DNA of 63,519 nucleotides, filler included, from Pirum gemmata (Eukaryota): NCBI GenBank assembly GCA_002812295.1. It is 14 parts of 14 records of this genome, joined end to end, with 100 filler letters (N's around TTAATTAATTAA, not from the genome) between each part and the next. Parts side by side here need not be neighbours in the genome. Positions count along the whole stretch, not along the records: positions 1 to 4,223 come from PDIN01001385.1; positions 4,324 to 8,529 come from PDIN01001386.1; positions 8,630 to 12,825 come from PDIN01001387.1; positions 12,926 to 17,162 come from PDIN01001388.1; 10 more parts are not named here. One strand, 5' to 3'. Shown piece by piece: positions 1 to 13,118 of this stretch (position 1 is its first letter; each line of letters starts with the position of its first letter). The notes under the pieces were generated by a model. It saw only the letters and a program-made list of their open reading frames with translations, ran no database searches and was not told where the DNA came from. The position numbers and the translations under genes were made by a program.

Positions 1-173
1 AATAAAATAAAAATAAAAATAAATAATAATAATAATAAAATAATAATAATAATAATAATAACATTGTTATTTTTATTTTTATTTTTATTTTTATTTTTAT
101 TATTATATATATTACTTATTATTGTTATTGTTATTGTATTTTTTAATAGCAATAAATGGATTTATTTTGAAGT

Positions 174-1887
174 ATGACAATAAAATTTTTATATTATATC
201 TATCTGATATGCTTTACTAAACTCGTGACCTTATGTTGTGGGATGCCTCCCACAGCAAAAGAGACTAATGAGGTATGTTGTTATATGGTGGTTTGTTGTA
301 CATGGTTTCCTATTTTCCTGGTTTAGCTGTTTGGATATTGTTGTCTTTTTCGTTGTAATTGTTGGGTTATTGTTGGTTTGATTATTCTTATGTAACGTTT
401 ACCGGTTGGTTGAGTAACGCTTTTCATTAATCTTTTAGTTTATTGATGATTACTTGGTTGTAGTTGGCTTGAGTATTGTTATGTAACGTTTGGTTGTTCG
501 TTGAGTATAGTTTTTCTTTAATCTTTTGGTTTGCTGATGTGCTTGCAATAACTGTCGTAGTTATTAAATAGTAGTACTAATTTAACTTTCATTTTTTGGC
601 TAGATGCGTGACGCCTTAGTTGCGATAGGTGAGAACATTAACAGCGAAGCTAAAAACTTGAATTTAGGAAAAACTTTAGTCATAACGGAATATAAAAATA
701 ATAAGTGTACAGATCACCGTATGATGAATGGGTTTTTTTCCAGAAAGGTCATTCCTGTTGTATCCGAGCAGAAACCCATTGTTGATGAAAACAATCCTCG
801 TTATGCCATACTGACAAAAGAAGGTGAGCAAACTTTCATCCAAACATTTTACACTTTAGACCAAATTACACATAGTGTTACTTATATCGCTACTGGGGAA
901 TGTTTACAAGATACCCATTCTTTAATTGAAAACTATTATATAGCGGAAGAAATGGATCATGTTAGATTAGCTGACGCCAATACTATGATTGAGAAGTTGT
1001 TACAGACTCATTTTTTAAAATATGACAACTCTTCCAAAAGTACAGTAAGAAAGGTTTTGTCTAATTTCATTACTACACCTAGTTTTTTAAATATTACTTT
1101 GTCTGATGAATTTACACATGTGATTTCTTCCGTTGCCATTGATGCCACTGATATTTTTAAGCAATGCCTGTACGAAGGTGTAAATCCTGAGTTCATTAAA
1201 CGCGCTTTTTTTAATTCTATTTATGATCGCTCGATTGAATATTCTAAATATGACTGGATTAGACCAGCTAACGCAACAGTAACTGTGGATGGAATATTGG
1301 CAAATCCAAAAGTTTTAATACAAAGAATTGTCTCTGATCTGATTAATAGCAAACATTTGCGTGAATACACTTATAATATAACTCGAAAGGGATTCAAGTT
1401 TATTGGCAATGTGACGTCGAAGGGGTTGGAGTTAGGCAAAAAAGGTGGGGCGTGGGTAAGAGATCACGAGAAAACCCAAAGGGGTTTAAAGTTTGCTGGT
1501 AATGCGGCTTCAAAGGGATGGGAGTTAACCAAACGAGGCTGGGCATGGCTAAGAGGAAATGATTACACACCACCTCAAACGTGCCATACTGTAACTAAAG
1601 ATGAAGATGGTAATGTGTACGTAGTAGTGTTTAACCTATTAATGCAGTCACAAGCGCAAACATTGTTTGAAGCCCAGCAAATAGTAAAGAAAACTTTTCC
1701 TGACATACCAGTACCTTGTGAGGACGCGAAGGATATTAAAATACAGGTACTTCAGGATAACGTTTCTACACCTTTACCACCAACAACTTCTAGATCTTTT
1801 TTACCAAATCCTCCAAATTACACAGCTTTTCCATCATCAACTGACCATATAGGTGGTGATGAGGATGAAGATTTCGAAGAGTTTTGA
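174..1887 (+). CDS. Secreted protein of unknown function (~460 aa); exons 174-272 and 604-1887
   Basis: ATG at 174 follows an in-frame TGA and gives MTIKFLYYIYLICFTKLVTLCCG (signal-peptide-like). Donor gag|gtatgt at 272/273 and acceptor ggctag|ATG at 603/604 form a phase-0 join to the 427-aa ORF. Acidic C-terminus; internal ~32-aa repeat. Confidence 0.75.
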
Positions 1888-1919
1888 TAAAGTCAGAAAA
1901 ATATTTTTTGTAAAAAAAT

Positions 1920-2270
1920 AATTACAATTTTTTTAAATTTTAAAAAATAAAATCAAGTATCAATTATTGTTATAATTGATACAGTACTGTACTACTTTAT
2001 TTTTCAAAGTCGGGGTTAGCGTGTTTAACGTCTACTCAAAATTACACCTATTTATCACAGTCCTTTTACTCGAATATAATATAACCATTATTAAACCAAA
2101 AAAAAAAAAAGCTTTATTAATTAAATTAATTAATTAATTACAATTTTTTTAAATTTTAAAAAATAAAATAAAGTATCAATTATTGTTATAATTGATACAG
2201 TACTGCACTACTTTACTTTTCAAAGTCGGGGTTAGCATGTTTTACGTCTACTCAAAATTCCACCTATTTA
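1920..2270. repeat. ~135-bp direct duplication (1920-2055 / 2138-2270)
   Basis: attacaatttttt...caaagtcggggttagc...cacctattta occurs twice with a few substitutions. Confidence 0.85.
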
Positions 2271-2388
2271 ATATTATTAATATAATTATATACATAAATA
2301 TTATATATTGATCATTGAAAAATTTGCTATTATTACTATTATGTTAAAAAAGTGTATAACTTGATTATTAATTATAATATAGTTGAAG

Positions 2389-2641
2389 CACTGGGCGGCG
2401 GCCCGGGCCGATACTTCGGCCCGGTTACCCATATTTTTGTCGCGGAAGCGATTTCTCGCCAACCATAAACGCTACGGAGCTAAAAATATGTCGAGAAGAA
2501 AGGTATTTATCACTTATTTATCTCTACTTTCAGATAAAATCACTTTTAAAAAAAATGATACATACCAGCGTGTATGAGAGNNNNNNNNNNNNNNNNNNNN
2601 NNNNNNNNNNNNNNNNNNNNNNNNNNNNNNNNNNNNNNNNN

Positions 2642-2701
<60 letters not shown>

Positions 2702-2831
2702 GAATGCTCGAATTTCTTAATTTTACATATGTTCGATAAAAAAAGTGGGCTCGAAGTTCTCAAAAAAAAATAATTAATGTTTTGGGGTTTTTTTTGCGCA
2801 AAATGTGTCCGGCCCGGGCCGCCGCCCAGTG
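2389..2831. mobile_element. Non-autonomous DNA transposon with CACTG-starting GC-rich TIRs (CACTA/Chapaev/Transib-like)
   Basis: cactgggcggcggcccgggccg (2389) is the exact reverse complement of cggcccgggccgccgcccagtg (ends 2831). No TSD is resolved, and an N gap lies inside. Confidence 0.75.
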
Positions 2832-2839
2832 GTTCAGTT

Positions 2840-3246
2840 GTTGAAAGCTGGATAGTTGTAATTGAAAGTAAGCAATTAATTCTGTGTAGCTGATATAGAC
2901 GCCATGATTTGATGTAAAACTTAATTTTCAACCAAACAATACCAAACTTGAAAGCTGGATAGTTGAACTTAAAGTATTAAATTTTAAGTTAGCATAGACG
3001 CTGTGTAATTATCATATATAATATTATTTATATATATAATATTATGTGATACTGGTAATATACCTTTCTTCAGTTTTACATAATTCAATTAGCATCCAAA
3101 CAATACTAAACTTGAAAGCTGGGTAGTTGAAATTAAAGTATTAATTAAATTTTAAGTTAGCATAGACGCTGTGTAATTATCATATATAATATTTAATATT
3201 ATGTGATACTGGTAATATACCTTTCTTCAGTTTTACATAATTCAAT
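2840..3246. repeat. Tandem ~165-bp repeat (2 copies plus a degenerate partial)
   Basis: ttgaaagctgg(a/g)tagttg...tagcatagacgctgtgtaatt...cagttttacataattcaat at ~2932-3090 and ~3096-3246; partial copy at 2840. Confidence 0.8.
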
Positions 3247-3574
3247 ATCTAAAACACTGATTACCCCTGGAGTAGCACCAGTGATATCATCCGTAATAAT
3301 TTCTGGTTGATGGATTACTTTCTAAAAGATTACTATAATATGGTGTTCTTTGAAAATATTGTTTCTACATTTTAGACCTCATGCCAATACTACCAAATTA
3401 ATTATTAAAAAGTTCTAAAAATAAAATAAAAAACTGCTAATCGTACCATTCTCCTTTGTACAATAAAGTTTAGGTTCATTTCGTTCTTTTCTGTATCGAT
3501 CATTATGAGTCTCGGTATGTTTCGAAACTTTTCGAATATATATATTTGCCGCTCAACAAGCTATAGAAACTCAG

Positions 3575-3756
3575 TAGAGTGAGATGACGTCATTGTATTA
3601 CTATTAATGTTAACATGCTTACTTTAATTGGTATCTATTATAGTTATATTTACTATGTTAAGCTATTTAATTGTTATAATTAGTAAGAAACACGGAACTA
3701 AGGTTGGCTCGATAAGCATCTGTTCGAAAAAAGTTCCATTAGATATCTCACCCCTA
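3575..3756. mobile_element. MITE family F (hAT-like TAGGGG termini), internally deleted copy
   Basis: tagagtgagatgacgtca...atctcaccccta; near-identical internal sequence to 37233-37462. Confidence 0.7.
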
Positions 3757-4223
3757 CTAGAAACCAAAACCCCCAATACGCACGATGACATTTTGATTTA
3801 TGGATAGGTATTGGCTGAAATGTTTATATATCGCAGACTTCGCATGCAAATAAGATATATAAATAAATTTTTAAATTGGTGAACAAAAGCAGAATGTTTT
3901 TAGATTGTGGTTCATTGCGTCTAAGAATCCCTAACTTTTTGGGACATAGTCATAATAAATTCTATTTCCAATATATATAAATTTAGTGTATTCGCATAAT
4001 GTTCAAGCCGCAAGAAAAAAATTGGCCACTTTTCTAAAGTTGGTAAATGTTAGACGTGCTGTTGTTGTATCATATCACAGTGTATTTTTACTAATAGAGG
4101 TTCGTTATTGGGTGATGGGATGCGATGGTCTTTAACGGATCGAATTACTTTCGAATCCTAGTGTACTAAACTTTCTAAAATCGGTATTTTTATTTATTAT
4201 TTATTTATTTATTTATTTATTTA

Positions 4224-4323
4224 NNNNNNNNNNNNNNNNNNNNNNNNNNNNNNNNNNNNNNNNNNNNTTAATTAATTAANNNNNNNNNNNNNNNNNNNNN
4301 NNNNNNNNNNNNNNNNNNNNNNN
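4224..4323. other. Artificial scaffold spacer N44-TTAATTAATTAA-N44 (13 copies: 4224, 8530, 12826, 17163, 21466, 25801, 30087, 34392, 38703, 43029, 49005, 53280, 59224)
   Basis: Identical 100-nt structure each time. TTAATTAATTAA puts stops in all six frames. Intervening pieces are nearly all ~4.2 kb, as expected for size-sorted concatenated contigs. Confidence 0.95.
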
Positions 4324-4724
4324 TTATTATTATTATTGTTCTCAATAATATTATTCATCATTCACGTTGTCATTGTTATACTATTATCATTATTATTATT
4401 ATTATTCATTATCATTACTATTCCATAATGTAAAAATCGAAGTATCCTTGAAAGTACAATAGCAAGCTTAATAAGGAGTATTCTTATTCTTATTATTATA
4501 TTTCTTATCTTGCCTATGTCTTTCTTGCTTCTACTATTTGAACCTGTTTTTTCGAAGAGAAGGAAGCTTGAGAGTGATTATTATTTTATTTTTATTTTTT
4601 ATTTTTTTCCATAAATCATTTTTATTAGAAAATATTTTATTAATTACATGTAGCTACTTAGGTATCAATATGGTTTAGTAAGGGTACACTGTTTATTATT
4701 ATTGTTATATATAATAATCTATTA

Positions 4725-4759
<35 letters not shown>

Positions 4760-4800
4760 GTTTATTATTATTATTATTAAAATACAATGAGATATAAGCA

Positions 4801-5231
4801 TTAAATTTTAATACAATTTAAAGTACTTACAAGAGCAAAATATTCGTCATTGCTATTACAATATGAATCATGTACATTATTTAAAATAGGTAAAACCGGA
4901 ACAGTATTACTTAAATCGATATTAAATTGGGTGTTAAAAATATCGCAATCAATATTAGCACTGTCAAGGCTTACTGTGCTACCTGTATTTTGAACTTTAT
5001 CATGTTTAGTGTTACTGAATTCAAAGAGATCAATTCCACTATCAATGCTATTTAACCTAGTAGTGTTTCCAACATTGCCAGTAAGGTTACCATCAAAATT
5101 ATTAAAAATTGTACTAACTACGTTATTAGTGGTTAGATTAAAAACTGAACTTTCTCCTGTGTTTGGAATATTATTCATAATAAGATGCTGTTGCATATTG
5201 CAACTGTAATTAACGGGACTAGTAAAACCAA

Positions 5232-5284
<53 letters not shown>

Positions 5285-5841
5285 CGTTGTCGTTGTTGCG
5301 GTTGTTGCGGTTGTTGGTATTGTTGTTGTTCAGAAATACAATTTTGTTGTGTATTACACCCTTGATTAGGAATTAAAAAATCAAGCAGGGACAGTAATGC
5401 ATCCTCCTGTTCAATCTGCTGTTTTCGCAGGTGTGGTTGATCTTCCTGATACTGTTGTTGTTCTTGTTTCTTCTGGCATTGTTCTGGCTGTTGATGTTGC
5501 TCGTGTTGTGTTGATGACCGTTGCTGCTGTTGCTCTTGTTGCTCTTGTTGCTCTTGTTTGAATTGTTGCTGTTGGTTTAAAGAACGATTTTTATTATTAG
5601 CACCAATAACAATTTTTGTTTTGTTTCTGTAATCAAGTTTTTTTGGTATCAAATCATCAAAAGAACGACCTTTGGAATGGATTTTTCGATAGTGTAGTCG
5701 ACATGCTTGAACGCTAGAATAAACACGGAAACAACCGGGAAAATTACATTCAATACGTGAGCTTTTTTGTTTAACACTTAAAGCTTTAGATAATTCTTGT
5801 TTACAAATAGCGTTTAAATTTTTAATGGAAACTTTATTCAT
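4801..5841 (-). CDS. Single C2H2 zinc-finger protein with poly-Q region (putative transcription factor), 346 aa
   Basis: IECNFPGCFRVYSSVQACRLHYRKIH fits C-x4-C-x12-H-x4-H, followed by Q-rich and N-rich low-complexity regions. Intronless ORF with a TATA box upstream. Confidence 0.8.
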
Positions 5842-5935
5842 AATTGGTTATAATTGGTTTATTTTTTTGTCTGTTCTGTTGTAAATTATTTATTTATTTA
5901 TTTAGTTATCTATTTTTCTCACACCTCTTCTTGCT

Positions 5936-5943
5936 CTTTTATA
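5936..5943 (-). promoter_or_regulatory. TATA box (TATAAAAG) upstream of the zinc-finger gene
   Basis: cttttata on + is TATAAAAG on -, ~95 nt before the ATG. The same motif precedes the genes at 11920 and 21726. Confidence 0.55.
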
Positions 5944-5969
5944 CTTTTTTTTTTTCATATTATACATAA

Positions 5970-6005
<36 letters not shown>

Positions 6006-6079
6006 AGAGGAGAGGCTAACACACTTGGAAGGAGCTGACTATGTCACTACGATAGCCCCCGCCCTAGCTACTAGTAGTA

Positions 6080-6257
6080 TGATACAAACAATTTAAAAAC
6101 GTCCACCTTTTTTTAACTAATGAAAAGTCCCACAATCATTTTTTTTATGTTTCAAAATTTCAAACTTATTAAATATTATAACATATGTTATATTCGATTG
6201 AAAAATGAAAATTATAGTGAAATCCAAACGTTGGACGTTTTTAGATTGTTTGCACCA
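6080..6257. mobile_element. MITE family G, mariner-like (TA-flanked, ~26-bp TIR)
   Basis: TA|tgatacaaacaatttaaaaacgtcca ... tggacgtttttagattgtttgcacca|TA. Partial relatives at ~8745-8765 and ~10770-10800. Confidence 0.75.
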
Positions 6258-8496
6258 TAACTATTAAAATTTTCATTTCCCTCCAAATAAATAAAATTGT
6301 GACAAAAACTGGTGAAACAGTTGTGAGCCTCTGAAATAGTGTGAAAGAGTTAGAAGACAAAGAAAAAGAAATTCTAAAAATACTTAACGAATAACTGACA
6401 ATATTTTTTTTAAAAAATAACAAAAAAAGACTATAAAGTATCCAATAGTATCAAACTTTTCCAAATATAATAATAATGACAGACATCATCTGAGACATGT
6501 CTTCTAAAGACGAATCAGATACTAGCTAGTCTAAAGGTAGTCTAACGGCACACACACACACAAAACATCCAAGTAACAAAAAAAGACTCCTCTATGTCAA
6601 AAAAACAAATCTAATTATTAATAAATAAGCTTGAAACATTTTGAAAAAGGACAAAATTTAGTAAAAATTCGGCTATAGCCAGAATAAAAAAAATCAGCTA
6701 AAAAATCTTACCCTTGACTACAAAAAATTACATGATACAAAGAATAAATTTGGGTAGAGCTTTATATTAGTTATATTTTAATCAACAAATAATAGTTTCT
6801 GTTTTACCCATATTTTAAAGTTGGGGGTTTCAGGATTTATGTGCTGGTAGATACCCACTCCTAACTTCTAATACGGCCTTTTATGGAAAAGAACCAAGAC
6901 AAAGTTTGAAGAATCTGAAAGAGTACATTGTCATGTCATTACAATTTTTATTTTTCTCGCCCAGTTATTTTTTTTTGTAGTAAAATTTTTCTAAAGCTTA
7001 GCCTTATTTTAAAAAATTATATGGTATATGGGCAGGAACTCGGGTACCTAGCCTTTTTTATCTCCATTGCTATTTACTATGAAAATGCTTATTAATTAAG
7101 ACAACTATATAATTATAGTACATGACTTAATCTTTATACTTATAATAATAACCATCTTTATAGCAGCAACAGCGATGGAGATATAAGCGGTAACCGCGGA
7201 TGGGTTCAGATATATATAGGAATTTTATATAGTATTGAATCAGTGAAACTAGAATGAGTGAAATGTTTCAATAATGAATAAAGAAGGAATAATGATCATG
7301 AATAAATATATTACTAAGTGATAAACAGTCAACTTTTGAATAATTATGATCATAAATATAATTATAATTCTTATAAATTTTATAATTGTTTGTTCAGAAT
7401 CAGTAATAGTTATTGTGATTATAATCATGACCCTAAGCTTGTTTAATTATAATTTTGACATTACTTTCCTTTAGCTTACTGTGTGCCATAACCAAAAGAT
7501 GCCTAACTCATTGTAAAAATGTTATTTTAATTTTTAGATTAAAAAAACATAATAATATGTGCATATCGTTTTATTATGTTATATACAACAACAACAGTTA
7601 CTATAGATATCATTATAAACATAAACTTCCAAAATAATTTGCCAATGTTATATAAGTTTTTTGCTAAGTAGTCTAACAGTATCATAATATAGTATAATGA
7701 TAGTTTGCTTTTTTTATTTAAACGTAGTAAATCAGTTACTATAGATATCATAGTTATATCATCATAATCATAAACTTCCAAAATAATGTTATATAAGTGT
7801 TTTGCTAACTAGTCTAACAGTATCATAATATTATGATAGTTGGATTTTTTTATACGTAGTAAATTTTTTGTACATAGTATTTCTGTGGAGTTATTCATTG
7901 GTTCCTATTATTGGATTTTGGAGTTGGCTACGGTGGTTAGACTCAGACCTGGCTAGCTACTTAGAGAGGCTACTTAGACCTAGCTAGTAGCTACTACTAC
8001 TAGGGTGATCACTGATCAGTTTTGTTACTTACCTTATTTGAGCTTTACAACTTGAAATCTGTATTTTTATTTGAAGTTAAATATATAACTTCCAATTCAA
8101 AGATTTCATTCACTTTTTTTTTCTTCGCTATACATATATGTAACTTTTTATACTTATACCTATCAATTTCTGCACCAGTGGAATCGCCGGATTCGCCGCC
8201 CTGAAAATATACATTTTTGGGCAGTGAAATCTCAATTTTGGAAATTTTAGAACATTTTAGACAATGACAAAAATTATTGGAAAAATGGAAAAATTCAAAA
8301 CTGTTCAAAAATTATCATACTAAAATTTTGCATAAATAAAACGAGAAAGATCAGTAATAATGAGCTAATAATGTATATTGGTTGTTTACTACACTTGTTA
8401 GTTGATGTATACGCAATTACGGTTATATTAATATAGCTACGCATACATATAGACACCTTTTCAGTTAAATATTCAGTCCAGATTGAATATGGCACT

Positions 8497-8529
8497 ATAG
8501 GGTTAGGGTTAGGGTTAGGGTTAGGGTTA
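8497..8529 (+). repeat. (TTAGGG)n telomere-type repeat at contig end
   Basis: tagggttagggttaggg... running into the spacer. Confidence 0.8.
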
Positions 8530-9297
8530 NNNNNNNNNNNNNNNNNNNNNNNNNNNNNNNNNNNNNNNNNNNNTTAATTAATTAANNNNNNNNNNNNNNN
8601 NNNNNNNNNNNNNNNNNNNNNNNNNNNNNAACAGGCGAACAACATTTACTTTGTGCCTCGGTCAAAAAATTTCGCCATAAGAGTTCTCACCCCTCCTGTT
8701 ATCATACTGATATTTGAAAACTGAAAATACTGAAGAAACGAAAAAGGCGGACGTTTTTAGATTGGCTCAAAGACCTAGTTTAGACGGCATCGTCATACTA
8801 CCACAACGTTTTTCCAGTTTAATGACGTCATAAGTTAGCACCTTACGCATTGTGGACTAATAGTATGTCGTAACTATCGTACCAAAAATGTTATGCTGAC
8901 GCAATATTTACAGATTCCCTCAAGGATCCCTCTCCCCCAAACTCCACATAACGATTCAGTATTGATAGTAGCCAAGCCAGGACTAAGCCAGACCAAACTC
9001 GTCACCAAAGTGCCAAATTCCCTTGTGTATGACATAAAAAAAATAAACCAACATGATAAAATTTATAATATAATAATAATAATTATTACACTACCATAAA
9101 ATAATACTTAATATCAAGAACCCCATACTTATATAATGCTGTACAGCTAACAAGTTTTAGTAAATAGCAGAACAGTGACTGTACTACACTGGCAATATAA
9201 TACCACAAATTCTGTATTATATTTTTTAATATAATATTAATTAATCTATTATATTAAAATTGCATTAATACCAATAACAATAATATAATAATAGTAG

Positions 9298-9517
9298 TAG
9301 GGTTATGGTTAGGGTTAGTAGGGAACTGACAGGGTAAAAGTGTTTGGGCTGGGTCAGCGTTATAATTGAGGTTAAGGTTAGGGTTAGGGCTAGGGTTAAT
9401 AGGGGTTAGGGGTTAGGTTAGGGTTAGGATTAGGATTAGGATTAGGCTTAAGGTTAGGGCAGGGTTAGGATTGGGGTTAGGATTGGAGTAAGGATTGGGA
9501 TTAGGGTTAGGGTTAGG
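9298..9517 (+). repeat. Degenerate interstitial TTAGGG/TTAGGA array
   Basis: Mixed ttaggg, ttagga and ttgggg hexamers. Confidence 0.75.
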
Positions 9518-10192
9518 ATATAAATAAGGGGTGCCCGTGGCCGTCCATCATTTTGCTCGTCAGCATCATTTTGCGTTTTTATTTTGTTAGGTCTATCGAT
9601 ACAACCATCATCATAATATTATTAATACTATACTGTACATCTAAATTCACTTTTGAAAACATGTGACCTACTACTAGCTAGGCAACTATGACTTTTTCTT
9701 TTTAGCCTAGATTTTGCTATGATACTTTATCAGTGTATTATCTGCTAGCTTTAGTATGAACACGTATTATGATACTATTATCTTTGTTCGAAAAACAAAA
9801 TTATTATTAAAAATAGCCAAATAACATTGAAAATAAATATTTCGGTTAAGTGGACGGACCATTTCGAAGTCATTTCGAGCATTATTGAACATTAAAATTT
9901 TATAGAAATACATGAGAATAATAATATGCATATGAGATGATATAGTTTATATATATCGATATACCTTGAGTTAGGGATAGTTAGGGATACATCTATGATA
10001 CTACTAACTAGCTAGCTAGCTAGCTAGCTAGAGAAGGATGTCATGTCTTTTTCCTGGGTCTTTGCGACTCTTTGGTGACTTTGGTCTGAGGTCTTTGGTT
10101 TGTCAAGTTTTGTCAACTCTTTGTAGTCTAGCTAGCTAGCTAGAGCTATCGAGATATGATAGCTACTAGCTAGTAGCTCTAGCTAGCTAGCT

Positions 10193-10412
10193 TCTCCCAA
10201 TTCTGCTCTGTTTAATTAATAATCGAGATTTCGAGTCTATATATTAATTAATAAGTTCGAAATTTTCAAGCTTACAATTAAGTATTCAAATATATTTATT
10301 TATTAATAAACTCGAAAAATACGAAAAAAAAAATTTCGAACGGAGCTGAATTTTGGCTTTTTTTGACAGCAGAAATTCGAGTTTTCGGGTTTGAGCAGAA
10401 TTGGGAGAGGCC
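10193..10412 (+). mobile_element. MITE family C (TIR tctcccaattctgctc)
   Basis: tctcccaattctgctc ... gagcagaattgggagaggcc. Copies at 26812-27031 (+) and 30742-30959 (-). The GGCC terminus next to TAA at 30739 suggests PIF/Harbinger. Confidence 0.8.
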
Positions 10413-10981
10413 TACTCTAGCTACAATTAGCTAGCTAGCTAGCTAGAGTCGGTGTGCTGATAGACCCAACTAACCTAGCCCAACTAACTAGCTATCATAT
10501 CAATAGCTAGCTAGTAGCTATCTCGATAGTACCCATCCACTGCAGTACCCTACCCATCCAAAGCCAAGCTAGCTAGAGCTCTAGAGCTATGATAGACTAG
10601 CTAGCTAGTTAGTAGACTATCATACCTAGCTAGTAGCTTGTAGGACTAGACTAGTATGATAGCTAGCTAGCTAGCTTAGCTGAGGAATTAAACAATATCA
10701 TAATTAATTAAACCAGTATTAAAAACCAGTATTAAACCAGTATTAAGCCTAACTATTATGAATTTATGATAGCTGCAAATAATTTAAAAACGTCCATCTT
10801 TTGGGCTTCACTAGAATGTTTAGTTTTCAAACATAAGTAATGTATTAAGTATTTAATAGATTTGAATTATCGAATATAAAAGGAAACTTCTAAAATAATT
10901 TTTAAAATAATAAAAAAAGTAGCTACTATGATAGCTAGCTATGGTCTAACTGGACAAATAAAATTTTTCTTTATTGCTTTA

Positions 10982-11118
10982 GGGAGCGTTCAAATACTAC
11001 GTAACACTTACGTAACGCCAATTTCTGGTCAATTACAGCTTCAAATACCCCTACCTACCTACCCCTCGACGCTAATTTCCGGTCAAATACCACCTACCTA
11101 CCTACCCCTTGACCTCCC
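10982..11118. mobile_element. MITE family B, PIF/Harbinger (Tourist-like), TTA TSD
   Basis: TTA|gggagcgttcaaata...ctccc|TTA, with internal repeated cctacctacccc blocks. Confidence 0.85.
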
Positions 11119-11743
11119 TTATTGCACTAGCTACTAGCTACTAGCTAGCTAGCTAGCTAGCTTTATTGCATTTATTAGTAGTTTAGTTTATTAGTTTTAT
11201 TAGACTTTTATTAGTCATTTATTTCAGCATTTTAAATATTTTGCATTTTCCCGGCCAGCATAGCATACATAGCATAATCAAAAAAACCAAAGATTTGCGA
11301 CGAATTTTGCGTCAGCTGAGAAAGTTTTTTATTGGTCCTTCAAAGGTCAAAAAAAGAGAAAAAAAAAAAAAAATTATGATATTATCATATACAATAAAAA
11401 AGTGTGGCTTTAGAAAGAAAGAAAAAATAAAATAATAAATGCGATTCAATTTCTAGCTCGCTCGTGTCTCATTATTAGATCGTTTATTTTTCATTATCAA
11501 TTTTATCATGAAATTGTGGTCTCGAATTGTCTGTTGTTATCGAATCATGATAGAAAATTTATTTTTTCGCAAATCCTCGCCCTTGTTACAATATGTTTGT
11601 TACAAGAGCCAATTTAAGCTAGCTAGCTAGTAGTAGCTAGCAACTGGTTCACTACTACGTGTATCATAATATTATATCATAATACAATACATAATAGTCT
11701 ACGTTACGTAAGATATCAATAACGAAGAGAAGTAAAAAGAGTA

Positions 11744-11751
11744 TATAAAAG
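11744..11751 (+). promoter_or_regulatory. TATA box (TATAAAAG)
   Basis: gtatataaaagc ~170 nt upstream of the ATG at 11920. Confidence 0.5.
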
Positions 11752-11919
11752 CATTTTTGTACAACTTTTATTATCGTTGACAAAAATTATCATAATAAGT
11801 TCAATTTTTAATAATATCATAATAAAAAAAAAAAGAAAAAAAATATATATTTAATAGTAAGAATTTGTTTAGTTTTATAATATTTTCAGTAATTTTCTCT
11901 AAGAAATATAAACATCATT

Positions 11920-12708
11920 ATGCAATTCTTTCAACTTCTTTCCGTTTTGGCTTTTGCCACTTTCGCTCACGGACAAATTACTTTACAAAATAACGCAGCT
12001 GACAATCAAGTTCAAATTCAAAAGGAAGTAGTTTCTACAGAGCAAGTCGTTAACAATGGTGTTGCTGATATTGTTGCAAGCACTATTGAAACAGTACTTG
12101 ATCACTCTAAGGTTGAAAAACTTGTTCGTAAAATCCAACAACTTAAAGAAGAAGTCAGCAAACTAGAAGCTGCTGTAGCTGCGCAACCACAAAAGGTTGC
12201 TGAACCTGAAGTTGTTGAAGAAAAATCCAGTAAAAAAGATAAGAAAAAAGATAAAGATAAAAAGCAAAAGCAAAAGAAAGTAAAGGAACCTAAAGAATCA
12301 AAAGAGGCGAAACAATTAGCAAAGAAAAAGGTAGAGTTAACTACCATGGAAACTGAATTCGCTACCTTTGGACTTGTTTTTGAGGAAGAAGTTGCTAAAA
12401 TAGTTGCTGTGGACAAAATGGTAGTAGACAAAAAAATAGCCAAAACAGAACTCAAATCAATGGCTGCTGACTGGGCTACTGTTTGGGCTACTCATCCAGA
12501 TAATGCAGGAGTATTAAATGAACCTGTCAACGGTATTAAGACCCCGGTAGAAGCTGTTGAATTCAAAATCTTAAAGCTACAACATAAACTGGCTGAACAA
12601 ATTTCCAAACTTGCATGGTTGAAAGAAAAAGAAGCTGCCCAAGTTGAACAAAAGTCATTGCCATCAGTCGATGCTGCCCCCACAGTTGATGCTGCCCCCA
12701 CTGAATAA
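11920..12708 (+). CDS. Secreted coiled-coil, Lys/Glu-rich protein of unknown function, 262 aa
   Basis: Signal-peptide-like MQFFQLLSVLAFATFAHG, heptad-like segments, K-rich tract, C-terminal VDAAPT x2, coding-like composition. Confidence 0.85.
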   Translation: MQFFQLLSVLAFATFAHGQITLQNNAADNQVQIQKEVVSTEQVVNNGVADIVASTIETVLDHSKVEKLVRKIQQLKEEVSKLEAAVAAQPQKVAEPEVVEEKSSKKDKKKDKDKKQKQKKVKEPKESKEAKQLAKKKVELTTMETEFATFGLVFEEEVAKIVAVDKMVVDKKIAKTELKSMAADWATVWATHPDNAGVLNEPVNGIKTPVEAVEFKILKLQHKLAEQISKLAWLKEKEAAQVEQKSLPSVDAAPTVDAAPTE

Positions 12709-12994
12709 ACGAATATGTACTGTGGGGGTTTCTATCTTTTGTTTTCTGTGAAACAATAAATTTTTATTTCTTTACTTTTTAATTTTGCTTACCTTTTTTA
12801 AAATAATAATAATAATAATAATAATNNNNNNNNNNNNNNNNNNNNNNNNNNNNNNNNNNNNNNNNNNNNTTAATTAATTAANNNNNNNNNNNNNNNNNNN
12901 NNNNNNNNNNNNNNNNNNNNNNNNNAAAAAAAAAAAAATACAAAATAAATAATAGATTTTTTTTTTTTTTTAACTATCATACATACTTACACTA

Positions 12995-13118
12995 CTCAAA
13001 TAATACGTCACGTCAAGGGTAGGTAGATAGGGGGTATTTGACCGGAAATTAACGTCGAGGGGGTAGGTAAGTAAGGGTATTTGAAGCTGTATTTGATCGG
13101 AAATTGGCGTTACGTAGA
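12995..13118. mobile_element. MITE family B copy lacking termini
   Basis: caaataatacgtcacgtcaagggtaggtag...gtatttgaagctgtatttga matches 26664 and 45335. Confidence 0.8.

Noticed and set aside
8497..8529. True chromosome end
   Set aside because: Similar TTAGGG tracts occur interstitially throughout, and contigs here commonly break at simple repeats. Cannot be distinguished from this data.
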